Source: Octopus sinensis (Eukaryota). Taken from it: a stretch of DNA of 64,000 nucleotides. Every line of letters starts with the position of its first letter. The first letter of the stretch is position 1. Location: the NCBI RefSeq assembly GCF_006345805.1, contig NC_042998.1:156302001-156366000 (forward strand), in the 5' to 3' direction. The notes under the pieces are model-generated. The model was not told the origin of the DNA. It did not search any database and saw nothing but the letters and a program-made list of their open reading frames with translations. This document shows, one piece after another, positions 38,613 through 52,319 of the stretch. The position numbers and the translations under genes are program-made.

Positions 38613-41600
38613 GATTGATTGAGTGATTGATTGATTCTAGTTTCAGCTTATGAGCTGTGGCCATGCTGGGGCACCGCCATTTGGTGTTGCTACTTGGTTT
38701 CACTTCACGAAAGCTTTCTAGTAACTGCCATTTGGTGCATGAGAGAGTTCGATGCAGCTGCCCTCATCTGCCCCTCCTGCCGTGAAGTTGGTTCATCTGG
38801 GACACCTGACAGGAAGAGATCCAGCTTCAGTTTAAAGACATCTGCTTCCACCCCATCCAGGTCTCTCAGGTTCTTCGGGAGGATATTGAAGAGCTGTGGG
38901 CCTCGGAAGCCCAGGCTATCACAGAATCTTGTCCTACATCTTGATGCAGTTTGGAGTCCTAGGCACCACGCAGTGGCGCCCAGTTCTGGCATTTGCGTAA
39001 CTCTCGATGCCAAGTTTCAGGACACTTCCCTGCAGGATCTTCCAGATGTATATTATGGCATATCTTTCCCGCCTACGCTCCACGGAATATAGTTTTAATC
39101 TCTTGAGTCTTTCCCAGTAGCTTACATTCTGCATAGAGGCTATCTTCTTCGTGTAGCTCCGTTGGATCGCCTCGTGCTCTGTGATCAACTTGACACTGGA
39201 TGGTGACCATAACTGAGAGCAGTAGTCAAAGTGGCTTAGGACAAGTGTCCTCCAGAGGACCATCATGGCTTCTTGTTCTCTTGTTCTAAAGGTTCTAAGG
39301 ATCCATCCGGCCAGTCGTCTACATTTCATTGCCAATTTAGCAACATGTACACGAAGGTCGCGTCATCACTCATGTAAATACCTAGGTCACGCACTGATTG
39401 TGCCTCTGGGTTGCCTTCCTCCGGGTCCAGTGTATTCATTGGGTATTGCATTCGTTTTGCATGCTGATAGTATATAAGCTTGAAACTTTCCAGCATTGAA
39501 CTGCATGCTATTCTTTTCAGCCCACTTGTATATTTCGTCCAGCTCACATTGCAGGTGCTTAGTGTATTCAGGGTTCTGTATTGCCTGTGAAACTTTTGTA
39601 TCATCTGCATAACTTGTGATCGTGGCTCTCCGCGTGGCTGAGGGCATGTCTGAGAGGCGCATTATGAACAGTAGTGGTCCCAAAACAGTGCCCTGTGGAA
39701 CACCGCTCACTACTTGCGTGCTAATGGAAGTGGCCCCATTGGCTGCTACCACCTGACTTCTATCTTTCAGAAAGTCATGAAGCCATTCTCCTAGTTTTCC
39801 AACTATGCCAAGATCACGCAGTTTGTGACATATCATTCCATGATCGACTTTATCGAAGGCCTTTGCGAAGTCGAGATATATGACTTCCACATTTGAGTGG
39901 TTGAGTGGTTTCAGCACCCAGTCATAGTGCTGCAGGAGCTGAGTTAAGCAGCTTCTTCCTGGTCGGAAACCATGTTGGGTGTCAGGCAGCAAGTCATTTT
40001 CTTCAAGGAAGGTGATTAGTTTCCTTCTGACTATTCGTTCCATGACCTTGCTGATGTGTGAGGTCAGAGAGATAGGTCTGTAGTTCTTGGCCTCCGCTCT
40101 GCTACCTCCTTTATGAATAGGGCATATTTTACCTTCCTTCAGTTTTCTTGGAAGTTTGCCAGCTGCAAGGAAGCTCTGAAAGAGGAACTGCAGTGGTCTT
40201 GCTAGGACTCTCTTACAAACTTTTAGGAGGATTGCCGGGAATCCATCGGGGCCAATAGCTGGAGTCTGTTTTCATTTCCATCTATAGCCTTTATTACATC
40301 GTCTCCTTTATATCGATGTATTTATCGTCACCCCAACCGCCTCTGATTCTATATCTGCAGTGGTAAAGAAGTCAGTTGGATTGCTGATTTGGAAATGCCC
40401 AAGGGGTGGAGTGAAAACACTCTTGAATTGTTCATTCAGTATTCACTTACCTCATTGGTTTTCCTGTGAGTGTGCCATCCTTTTCAAGGAGTGGCCCTAT
40501 CCTACATGCACCGTAGCTGTTTCTTTGGCATACATGTAGAAAGCTCTGGGGTTAGTTTTTATGTTGTCTATAGCCCAGGCTTCTTTGTCTGCTCTTTTCT
40601 CTTCTCATGGGAGAGTTGCAGACAATTTTCAATTTCCAACAGTTTTATTTTCAGGCGGACTTTTCACTGCTTTCAATTTGTTTGTTTAGGCGATTTGAAA
40701 TTTTGTACGCCGTCTCTCATTAAATTTCCTCTCTCTGGGATTTTGTTCTTGTGTACAGTGGCCTTTCTCTCTGGGACACATTTGTAGCATATGGCTTGCA
40801 TTACATACATGAATTGTTGAAGTATCATGTCGATGTCCGGCGAGGAGAGACATTCAGGCCAGTTTTGTTTGAGGATCTCTTTCTCAATTTGTTTCCAGTT
40901 TGCCTTATTGAAGTTCAAGCTGGAAAGATTCTGAGGGTTTCTTGTAGGCTGCATGTCCGTGCTCTCTTTTGGCCCGTACATGGTCAGCTCTACCATGTTG
41001 TGATCCGAGAGTAGTGTCGGTGTCACTTTCACATTATGGATGAGATCCATATTATTTGTGAAGCAGAGATCCAGTGTGTTACCTGCTCTGGTTGGTTGGA
41101 GTATTACTTGCTCCATGTACAGGGTGTTGATGAGGTTCAGGAGGGACCTCGCCTGTCCTCGTTCACATCTTGTCATTCCTGGGAGAGAAAGGCCCTCGGG
41201 CCATCTGACATTGGGTAGATTGAAGTCTCCCATGAGAAGTACACTTATGTGTTGTTCTAATTGGATTAGAACTTCTTCTATTTTTAAAAGGCAGTCCTCA
41301 AACTTGCCCATATGACTTGGGGCATCTGGAGGGCGATATGTAGCACACACAACTACATCAAGTTGCCTTATGTGTACAATTAGTGTGTCACACACCGAGT
41401 TTGAGTATGACAAAAGGACCTGGGGTGTGAGGTCCCCACGGATGTACATAGCAACTCCTCCATGACTCCTTTCTTTTCTGTCGGTCCGTAGTACGACATA
41501 CTGTGGTATGTGTAATTCCGCATCTGCTATGTCCGGTTTCAGATGCGTTTCTGTGAGTGCTATGCATAAGGCTTGATTGCATGCGACAAAGTCTCTCAGG

Positions 41601-42358
41601 AACGGGACTTTTGTCCTGTTACTGTGTGTTAGTAGTCCTCTGATGTTCAGTAGGAGCATCGAGGTGAGGTATATGCTGTTGCCGGCGGTGTCCACCCTGG
41701 GTCCATCTGCTGTGGCAGTCTGTGAACTGTGGGCAGTTCCATCTGCGAGCCTGAAGCCTATGATGGCCAGGTTAGCTGCTGTACAATCTTTTGTGCCATG
41801 CACAAAAAAGATTCCTGCTCAGCAGCTGCCCTTTCAACAACACGTTGGTGGTTTTGGTACGCACCACATCTGCGTACCTCCGTTTTGGGGCAGGTGATGC
41901 GGGTCCATCCCATTTCCTTTCGGTGGTTGGTTTCTGTGGCAGGGTCCCGGATGTGCAAAGCGGCAGCCTGCACTTCCTCTCCATGCCGGCAGGCACCTTT
42001 CAGGTAGAACCTACATACCCGTGTGCGCTGCTTGTTTCCATCCTTTTGGCATATGTAGTTAGGTTTGCCTCTATCCCTGGCTGCCTTGCCCTTTGGCTTT
42101 GTCTGAGTTTTAGCTTCAGTTTTTCTTCCTTTTTGGTTTTTTCATCTCCATGTCCATGGCTTTTGTGCTGGTAGGAGCATCCGCACCTGGGTTCATCTCC
42201 CGGCAGGCCTTTCACTGGAGTTTTCTTCCTGGGCGTCTACCAGGTGGGGGTGACCCTCCTCATCAGCGCCCGCGTCTCTATCCTGCCATCTTTTACTTTG
42301 TTCGCGTTTTTCGCTGTCAAAAATGGCATCCCGTGTTACTGTGCGATCTGACAAGTGC
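38613..42358 (-). mobile_element. CR1/L2-like LINE family A (subfamily A2), 5'-truncated within ORF1
   Basis: CCCH region, APE ORF 40673-41803 (LLLNIRGL, TETHL, MGDFNLP, SDH) and RT ORF 39387-40043 (YADD). (AATC)n tail. TA arrays on both sides. Confidence 0.92.
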
Positions 42359-42359
42359 A

Positions 42360-42425
<66 letters not shown>

Positions 42426-42525
42426 TATATACATATATATATATACACATATATATATACACACATATATATACACACATATATATATACATATATATAT
42501 ATATATACATATATTATATATATAC

Positions 42526-42591
<66 letters not shown>

Positions 42592-42677
42592 ATACATATA
42601 CATATACATATATATACATATACATATATAATATATATATATATATTATTATAATATACATATATATATATATACAT

Positions 42678-42746
<69 letters not shown>

Positions 42747-43050
42747 GATCATCATCATCATCATCATCGTTTAACGTCCGTTTTCCGCGCTAGCACGGGT
42801 TGGACGGTTTCGACCGGGGTCTGGGGAGCCAGGGGCTGCCTCAGGCTCCAGTCTGGTCTGGCAGTGTTCTACAGCTGGATGCCCTTCCTAACGCCAACCA
42901 CTCCGCGAGTGTAGTGGGTGCTTTTAACGTGCCAATTGCACAGGTGCCAGAGGGGTCTGGCATCGGGCCACGGTCAGTGGTGCTTTTTATGTTCCACCTG
43001 CACAGAAGCCTGTCGGGGCGGTGCTGGCATCGGCCACGTTCGGATGGTGA
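42747..43050 (-). mobile_element. RTE-tailed SINE/non-autonomous element
   Basis: Minus strand GGTTGGCGTTAGGAAGGGCATCCAGCTG...GCGGAAAACGGACGTTAAACG then (ATG)n tail. Confidence 0.65.
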
Positions 43051-44040
43051 TTTTTGTTGTTGGGGGGTGCGAAATATAGGGGAGCACCAGTGGGAGGGGT
43101 GTTCGGAGGAAACGATGACAGGTTCTTGACAAGTAGAACGTAGGATATCACGAGAGGGGGAATGCATGGTGAAAATAGCGTATTGAAGAGGAGGGGGGGT
43201 TCGGAGAGTAGACACTATAATGGTGGTGAGAAGAGCGACATCCGGTATAGATGGAGCAAAAATATAGAGATATCCGGTATTGGTGGTGGGGGTGGGCAAG
43301 GGCGGGTGCACCGGGAATATGCGAAGGTTGAACTTGACGGGCTGGCTTAAAAATGCGCGAAGTTGGAGAAATTATCGGCGCATAAAAATGGAGGATAATT
43401 TAGGGCGAAGAAAGACAGACAAAGTGATATGGAGAAGGGGGGGGGAACTAACAGCGCATAAAATGAATTTAGGAAAGACGATGTAAACAAAACAAGCGTA
43501 TTAGTATTAGGAAATAGATAATACATTTTTTAGTGTTATAGGCAAATGTATTGCGGCGGTCAAGAAGTGAAAAGAAAATTTTGGCTTATGTATATTCTGG
43601 CATCGATCGCTGCTAGATGATGAATGATAATAGAGCACATGGGGAGTCCTTTTAAGTATAAATTGACCGGAAGAGGATTTTGAGTTTTAAGGGTGGGCAA
43701 GGCGGAAGTTTACTAAAGGAACAGATTTCAAGATGGCGAAGTTTGGGCAAATTATCGTAGAAACAAGGAGAAAGGCAGAAATTATCGGCGCATAAAAATG
43801 GAGGATAATTTAGGGCGAAGAACAAACAAAGTGATATGGAGAAGGGGGGGAACTATCAGCGCATAAAATGAATTTAGGAAAGACGATGTAAACAAAACAA
43901 GCGTATTAGTATTAGGAAATAGATAATACATTTTTTAGTGTTATAGGCGAATGTATTGCGGCGGTTAAGAAGTGAAAAGAAAATTTTGGCTTATCTATAT
44001 TCTGGCATCGATCGCTGCTAGATGATGAATGATAATTTTG
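43050..44040 (-). mobile_element. Penelope-like remnant with about 260-bp direct repeats
   Basis: Manual translation RTCHRFLRTPLPLVLPY is PLE-linker-like. Repeats at 43371-43631 and 43781-44036. Confidence 0.45.
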
Positions 44041-44049
44041 GCTTCTATC

Positions 44050-44094
<45 letters not shown>

Positions 44095-44097
<3 letters not shown>

Positions 44098-46820
44098 CGG
44101 GAAGCTTTATGAAAATAAAAAAAGACGAAGGCAGGTGGGAAAACAGACGAACAATTGTATTAGTATGGCGCTCAGGAAATATAAATAAAACAAGTCTTTA
44201 ACGTTTCGAGCCTACGCTCTTCAAACAGAAAGATACACAGAGAGAGAAAAACACAGAAAGAAGGAGAGAAAAAAAATGCGTGCAGTAGCTAACGAATCAA
44301 CATGGCGATCTGATTTCGGCCAGAGGTCAAAGATCAAACATGAGACGCGAGAGCGAAATAAGGGGAGATAATAGGGTGATAAACGGGTTGAGGGACCAGC
44401 TAAAAGTGCGTGGGAGGGGTCTGGAGGTGTGTATGTATAGGGTTGGTGTATGTGTAGTAGTATAAGGGTGTGTGGTTGTTGTGTGTGTGTATGAGAGAGT
44501 ATTAGTGCGTAAGATTGGTCTGGACGTGCGTATGTATGGGGTTGGTGTATGTATAGTTGTATTAGTATGTATTAGTACGTATTGGTATGTATAGGTATGT
44601 GTGTGTGTGTGAGAGAGTATAAGTGCGTATGCGGGTCTGGACGTGTGTATGTATAGGGTTTTTGTAAGTATTAGTATGTACTAGTATGTATTAGTACGTA
44701 TTAGTATGTATTAGTTGGTGTGTGTATTAGTATGGCACATCATATGTGATGTGATGTGTAAAGTCATGTGGTTGTAGTGAGGAGGAGAGGAGAAGAGGGG
44801 GAGGGGGAGAAGAGGGGGAGAAGAGGGGGGGGGGAGCAGAGAGGGGGAGAGAAGGGGCGGGGAAGAAGAGGGGGAGGAGAAGGGGGAGAGGAGAGGATGG
44901 GGGGGGAGAAGGAAGGGGAGGAGGGGGATGAGGATGAAGGAGGAAAAGGGGAGAGGGGGAGAGAGGGAGGGAGGGAGCAGAGGGAGGGGAAAGATAGAGG
45001 GGGAGAAAGAGGGAAGAGGAAGGGGAGTAGGGGTGAAAAAAATGAAGGATGAAGGACTGAAGAAGTAGGGGTCGGGGGGAGAAAGGATAGGGGAGGAGGG
45101 GGGGAGAGGGGGGTTAGATGAGGAGGGGGGAGAGTTGAGACCAAATGGCGTATAAGAGCGAAGAGAGAGATTAATTCCTGTTCACGCGCAAACGGGAATC
45201 CGGATGGCCTCTGTGTAAGGACAAACCGAACACAGATAGGTGTTGCAAGGAGTGACGGTGGAGCGGAAATGGCGTGAGACCGGTGTGTCGTTCGCAAGGT
45301 GGATGTCACGAAGGTGTTCCGCGAACCGGTCAGCCAAGCGGCGTCCCGTTTGTCCGATGTACAAGGAATTGCAGAGAGAGCAAGAGATGCAATAGATAAT
45401 ATTGCTGGAGGTGCAGGTGAAGGAGTGGATGATGGGATAGGGTCGATGGGTGGGTGCTAGTGAGGCGGGTGGTGTTGGAGAGGTAAGGGCAAGTGCGGCA
45501 ACGTGGGCGGGAGCAGGGGAACGAGCCGGGTTGGGAGGTAGGGTCAGGGAAGGAGCTATGGACCAAAAGGTCTCGAAGGTTGTGGGCTCGTTTGAAAGAG
45601 GGGAGGGGTCGGTTAGGGAAGAGAGTGTGAAGTGGACGGGTCGGACTGGAGATGACGGAAAGCTCGAAGAATGGTGCGTTGGGACGTAGGGTCGTGGGGT
45701 GGTAAGTGAGGGGAAAAGGGAGGCGGGGAGACTACAGGGCGGGTTCGGGGAGAGAGAGAGAGAGCAGATACACGGTCCACGGACCGTGCTCTGGCAAGGG
45801 CGGTGTGGATAGTGGTGTGAGGGGTATCCACGTAGGGTGAAGTGGTGAGCCATACGTTGAGACTGAGTCTCAAAGTCATGGTCGTCACTACAGAGCCTAC
45901 GTAGACGGAGGAATTGGGAATAGGGGATGGAAAGCTTGGTATGTTCTGGGTGGGAGGAAGAGGAAGGGTTGAGGTATGAGTGTGAGTCTGGTGTTTGTAG
46001 TGAATGGAGTGGTAAGAGTGGAGTGAAGAATGCTAACCGAAATGTCGAGGAAGGAGAAGAGGTGTGGAGATAGTGGAAGTGAAGTGGAGGGCTGGATGGA
46101 AAGATTGGACGAAAGAGAGGAAGGAATCTAGATGTTCGCGGGAGAGTGAGGTGGCACCGATAATGTCGTCAATATAACGACCATATAGTTCAGGAGTGGG
46201 ACCAGTGAAATTAGAGAATATTTGGGCCTCAACATAGCCAACGAACAGGTTCGCATAGTTGGGGCCCATTCGCGTTCCCATGGCCACTCCCGAGACCTGA
46301 TGGTAGAACTCGCCCGCGAACGAGAAGCAGTTCAGAGTAAGGACAAGTTCGGCCAGACGAATGAGTGTGGAGGTGTCAGGTACAGGGTTGGAGCGGAGGT
46401 CAAGAAAGTGTCGAAGGGCCTGCAGTCCTTCGTGGTGAGGGATAACAGTATAGAGGCTTTGGATGTCCATAGTAAAAAGGATTTTGGAGGAGCCGGGAGG
46501 AAAGGAGAAAGAGTTGAAAAGCCGGAGAGCATGGTTGGTATCGTGGATGTGGGAGGGAAGAGATGCCACTAGGGGGGCAAGGACACGGTCAAGGTATTTA
46601 GAGATGAGCTCCGTGGGGCAGTTACAGGCGGAGACGATGGGGCGGCCAGGTTGTTGGGTTGTGGATTTTGGGGAGGAAGTAAATGGTGGGGGTACGTTGG
46701 GTTCGCACAATTAGGTTGGATGCGGTGCGGGGGGAGACGGGAGGACGAGATGAGGTCTTGGACGTAGAGGATACCTGTTGGTAGCTACGTGTGGGGTTAG
46801 AGGGCAGAGGGGGGGACATA
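44095..46820 (-). mobile_element. Penelope-like element (RT + GIY-YIG), 5'-truncated at a TA array
   Basis: RT ORF 46033-46710 (PGRPIVS, FTMDIQSLYT, GVAMGTRMGPNYANLF, RYIDD). GIY-YIG ORF 45182-45853 (IIYCISC..C..LYIGQTGRRLADRFAEH). pLTR at 44095-44330. Confidence 0.93.
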
Positions 46821-46911
46821 GATACATATATATATATATACATATATATATACATATATATATATATACATATATATAAACATATATATATATATATATA
46901 CATATATACAT

Positions 46912-46942
<31 letters not shown>

Positions 46943-47250
46943 CATAACATACACATATATATATATATACATACATATATATATATATTATATATATATA
47001 TACATATTTATATATACATATATATATATATATATACATATATACATATATATATATATATACATATATATATACTATATATATATATACATATATATAT
47101 ACATATATATTTATACATATATATATACATATAATATAATACATATATATATACATATATATAATACATCATATATATATACATCTCATATATATACATA
47201 TATATGACATATATATATATACATATATATATACAGATATAATATATATA
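46821..47250. repeat. (TA)n compound microsatellite
   Basis: Directly visible. Confidence 0.95.
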
Positions 47251-48937
47251 CTCTTTTACATTTTACTCTCTTTTACTTGTTTCAGCCATCGGCTGAGGCC
47301 ATGCTGGGGCACCGCCCTTGTTGCTACCCTCTCTAAGTCCTTTGCCGTGGCTGGCCACTGATCTAAGAGAGAGTTTGTAGCTGCTGCCCTTAGGTTACCT
47401 TCGTACCTTGCAGTGGGTTCATCTGGGATCCCGGAAAGCAGCTTGTCTAGATGTTTTTTGAAATGTCCACATCGCATCATGTAGATCTCTTAGTTTTCTT
47501 GGCAGTTTGTTGAAAAGCTGAGGGCCCCTGAACCCCAGGCTATTACAGTATCTGCTCCTTACCCTGGATGTGGAAGACGGGACCTTTGGCACCACCACAG
47601 TGACGTCTGTACGGGGATTGGAACAGCTCTCAATTCCAAATTTGGTGCTAGTCCCTCCAGGATTTTCCATATGTATATCACTGCATATATCTCTCTCGTC
47701 TTCGTTCCAAGGAGTACAAATTGAGTTCCCTAAGCCTCTCCCAATAGTTCTTTTCTTTCATGGTGGAAATCCTCTTGGTGAAATGTCTTTGGATTGTCTC
47801 AAGCTCTGTGGTTAGTTTGACACTATGCGGGACAAGTTGGGAGCAGTAGTCCAGGCGGCTTAGGACAAATGTCTCCATAGTGTCAACATGGTCTCGCAGT
47901 CTCTTGTCCGGAATGTCCTCAGGATCCAGCCAGTGAGTCGTCTGCACATTGTCGCCACCTTCGCGAGTGTGAAGAAGAAAAAGATGCATCGTCACTCATG
48001 TCTATCCCCAGGTCCGTATGATTTCGATACTGGGATTTCGATCCCTCCTGGACCAGTATAGTTGTGTTGTAATGTATATGTGTTTACAGCTTGATATTGT
48101 AAGGCTTGAAATTTACCAGCATTAAATTGCATGTTGTTGTCTTCAGCCCATTTGTATATGGCATCAGATCTTGTTGTAAAAGGTCAGCATCAGCTGGGTT
48201 TTTGATTGCTTGTGCTACCTTTGTGTCATCAGCATAGCTAGTGAGGGATGTTGTTTGTGCTACCAAGGGCATGTCAGAGAGCGCCACCAAAAACAGCAAG
48301 GGTCCCAAGACTGTGCCTGTGGCACCCCGCTTGCTATTGGTGTCTTTCCCGAGAGGGCTCCATTGGCTGCAACCATCTGGCTTCTGTCCTTCAGGAAGTC
48401 ATGTATCCACTCACCTACTTTTCCTGTTATGCCAAGTCTGAGTAATTTGTGACATATCACTCCGTGGTCGACTTTGTCAAAGGCCTTCGCAAAGTCGAGA
48501 TATACCACATCCACCTGTGAGCGATCCAGTAGTTGTTTCAGTACCAGTCGTAGTGTTGTAACAGCTGCGTAAGGCAGCTTCTTCCTGGGCGAAAGCCATG
48601 CTGTGTTTCAGTGAGACGGTTAGTTTCTTCGAGGAACGTGATCAGTGTTTTTCTGATGATTCGTTCCATGACCTTACTTATGTGTGACGTCAGGGAGACT
48701 GGCCTGTAGTTTTGGCCTCTGCTCTACTCCCTCCTTTGTGGATAGGGCATATGGTGCCTTCTTTTAGCGCCCTGGGCAGTTTACCGTTAGCCAAGGAACC
48801 ACTGAAGAGGTTCTTCAGTGGTCCCGCTAGGGCATGCCTGCATGTTTTTAGGAGGACTGCTGGGAATCCATCTGGTCCAGCAGCTGAGTTTATTCTCATT
48901 TCTTCTATGGCAGATATTACATTCCTCTCTGTTATGT
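47251..48937 (-). mobile_element. CR1/L2-like family D, 5'-truncated, (GTAAAAGA)n-type tail
   Basis: RT motifs YLDFAKAFDKVDH, YADDTKV, DYCSQL and IPDEP. TA arrays on both sides. Confidence 0.9.
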
Positions 48938-49065
48938 ACATATAATATATATAACATATATATATATACATATATATATATAGAAATATATATATATACA
49001 TAAATATATACATATATATATATATACATATATATATAAATATATATATATACATATATATATAC

Positions 49066-49102
<37 letters not shown>

Positions 49103-49181
49103 CATTATACATATATTATATATACATATATATACATATACATATATATATATATACATATATATATACATATACATATAC

Positions 49182-49213
<32 letters not shown>

Positions 49214-49256
49214 TATACATATATATATCTATATATAGATAGACATATACATATAC

Positions 49257-49288
<32 letters not shown>

Positions 49289-49338
49289 CTATATATATTC
49301 ATATACATATATATATATATATAGATATATACATATAC

Positions 49339-49370
<32 letters not shown>

Positions 49371-49490
49371 ATATATATAATATACATATATATAGATATA
49401 TGCATATACATATATATATACATTAGAATATATATATAATATAGATATACATATACATATATATTACATAGATATATATATATATACATA

Positions 49491-49538
<48 letters not shown>

Positions 49539-49600
49539 AATATAGATATATATATATACATATATATATATACATATATATATACATATATATATATATA

Positions 49601-49635
<35 letters not shown>

Positions 49636-49650
49636 TATATAGATATACAG

Positions 49651-49703
<53 letters not shown>

Positions 49704-49793
49704 CATATACATATATATACATATGTATACATATATATATAGATATATATATATATAATATATATATCCATATATATATGTATATATATATAT
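48938..49793. repeat. (TA)n compound microsatellite
   Basis: Directly visible. Confidence 0.95.
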
Positions 49794-51325
49794 AGTCAAA
49801 CTGAAAGAGGGGGTAATATGCCCTATCCATAGGGAGGTAGCAGAGCAGATGCTAAAAATTATAGGCCTTCTCTCTGACCTCACACATCAGCAAGGTCATG
49901 GGAACGAATAGTCCGTAAGAAACTAATCATGTTCCTGAAGAAAATGACTTGCTGTCTGACACCCAGCATGGATTTCGACCAGGTAGAGGCTGCCTAACAC
50001 AGCTCCTGCAAAACTATGACTGGGGTTGTTGAAACAGCTACTAAATGGCTCAAATGTGGATGTAATATATCTCGACTTTGCAAAAGCCTTGATAAAGTCG
50101 ACCATGGTATGATCTGTCACAAACTGCGTGGTCTCCGCATAGGCGGGAAACTTGGAGAGTGGCTGCACAACTTCCTAAAAGACAGAAAACAGACAGTTGT
50201 GAGCAATTCAGCCACCTCAAGGAAACGCAAAAAAACAAGCGGTGTCCCACAGGGCACTGTCTTGGGGCCACTGATGTTCATAGTGGCCCTTTCAGACATG
50301 CCTTCAGTTGCTACGATGACCACCCTTGCTAGCTATGCAGATGACACAAAAGTCTCCCATGCAATACAAAACCCTGAAATATTGCGCATCTGCAACATGA
50401 GCTGGACACAATATACAGGTGGGCTGAGGGACAACAACATGCAGTTTAATGCAGGTAAGTTCCAGGCCCTGCAATATTGGCACACAAAGGTAAATGACGT
50501 GAAGACTGGATACACTGGCCCAGGAAGAATTGCAATCCCTGAGTCAAAATCAGTGCGTGACCTGGGCATTGACATGAGCAATGATGCATCTTTCCAAATA
50601 CATATTGCTAATCTGGTGATAAAATGGACGGCTAGCTGGATGGATTCTCCGAACTTTCAGAACAAAGAGAGAAGGAGACACTGATGGTCCTATGGAAAAC
50701 ATTCGTCCTCAGCCGCTTGGACTACTGCTCCCAACTTTGGTCACCACACAATATAAAACAAACAGCAGAACTCGAAGCAATTCAGAGAAGCTACACAAAG
50801 AAAATCGTCTCAATGCAAAATGTCAGCTACTGGAAAGACTGAAGGTATTAAACCTCTTCTCCTTGGAGCGGAGGCGGGAGAGATATGCAGAGTGATATAC
50901 ATCTGGAAAATCCTGGAGGGTCTTGTCCCAAACTTTGGCATTCAAAGTTACTCCAACCGCAGAACGGGGCGCCGCTGCGTGGTGCCAAGGATTCCAACAT
51001 CACCATCAAAATACAGGTCCAGATACTGCAACAGCTGGGTTTCAGAGGACCACAGCTCTTAACATCCTCCCTAAATGCCTGAGAGACTTACATGGTGTGG
51101 ATGTGGGTTTCTTTAAAACTAAACTAGATCTCTTCTTGTTGGGAGTCCCAGATGAACCACCTCACGACAGGAGACACGGATGCGGGCAGCAGCATCGAAC
51201 TCCCTTGTTGATCAAGTGCCACGTATCAGAGGTGGATTCACAAACTAGTGTAGCTCATTCAGCGGTGGTGCCCCAGCATGGCCGCGGCCTTCGGGCTAAA
51301 ACATTTTTAAGGATTTTAAGGATTT
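49794..51325 (+). mobile_element. CR1/L2-like family B, 5'-truncated, (AAGGATTTT)n tail
   Basis: RT ORF 50016-50684 (PQGTVLGP, YADD). Near-identical to 58990-60376. TA arrays on both sides. Confidence 0.9.
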
Positions 51326-51337
51326 ATATATATATAC

Positions 51338-51401
<64 letters not shown>

Positions 51402-51411
51402 ATATACATAC

Positions 51412-52319
51412 AGCAATTAAGGGGTTAGCAACGAATTGCCTCACCACACACCGAGTTTAGAAATAGCAGTCAAAGATATAGCTATTCCTTCTACAAAAGG
51501 GAGATTCAGTAAAAAGACAGCACTTGAAAGGCAAACACAGACAGGTAAGAAAGAATGAAATTACGGCAATCTATCATACAATTTTAAGTTACCTACGGAC
51601 GTACGTTTCGAAATCAAGTTTTAGGAAAGCATAAGAATTAGAAAATTCTACCTTACCCAAACTTCTTTTCTCATCAGCGTAGGATACTACAATTATGAAT
51701 AATTGTATATTAAATTTTGAGATACTAGAAGGCATTATCTCAACTCAGTGTCAGAGCGAGCCAAAGCATTCCCAGTACCACGAAATTCAAAGTGTGAATG
51801 AAAGTTTGTGTCACCAGCCCCCTTCCACCCGCGTGTAGCCAAGACAAGATGCTGTGGTCATTTACTGGGATAAAATATGGTTATCATTAACAATAAAGGG
51901 TGAAATTAATTAATTTGGAATAATTATTAATTACACCAAGTAGATTTCGGCATGTAAAAGCCTCATTCGAGGAAAATTTAAGTAATACTAAGCAATTAAG
52001 GGTTTAGCAACGAATTGCCTCACCACACACCGAGTTTAGAAATAGCAGTCAAAGAGAAATAGCTATTCCTTCTACTAAAAGGGAGATCTCAGTAAAAAGA
52101 CAGCACTTGAAAGGCAAACACAGACAGGTAAGAAAGAATGAAATGACGGCAATCTATCATACAATTTTAAGTTACCTACGGACGTACGTTTCGAAATCAA
52201 GTTTTAGGAAAGCATAAGAATTAGAAAATTCTACCTTACCCAAACTTCTTTTCTCATCGGCGTAGGATACTACAATTATGAATAATTGTATATTAAATTT
52301 TGAGATACTAGAAGGCATT
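51412..52319 (-). ncRNA. Retrozyme-like element: about 325-bp direct repeats, each with a type I hammerhead (583-nt monomer)
   Basis: Repeats at 51412-51736 and 51991-52319. HHRs at 51592-51683 (CUGAUGA) and 52175-52266 (CCGAUGA), each with CCUACG/CGUAGG stem I and GAAAC-GUAC-GUC. Confidence 0.85.

Noticed and set aside
44764-45309. Pro/Ser-rich and Gly/Glu-rich ORFs
   Set aside because: Low-complexity purine tract in the PLE 3' region.
51935-51975. Second hammerhead-like motif (UCGAAUGA-GGC uuuuacau GCC-GAAAU) in the 583-nt unit
   Set aside because: The core deviates and no stem III/NUH site or stem I can be formed; at most a relic.
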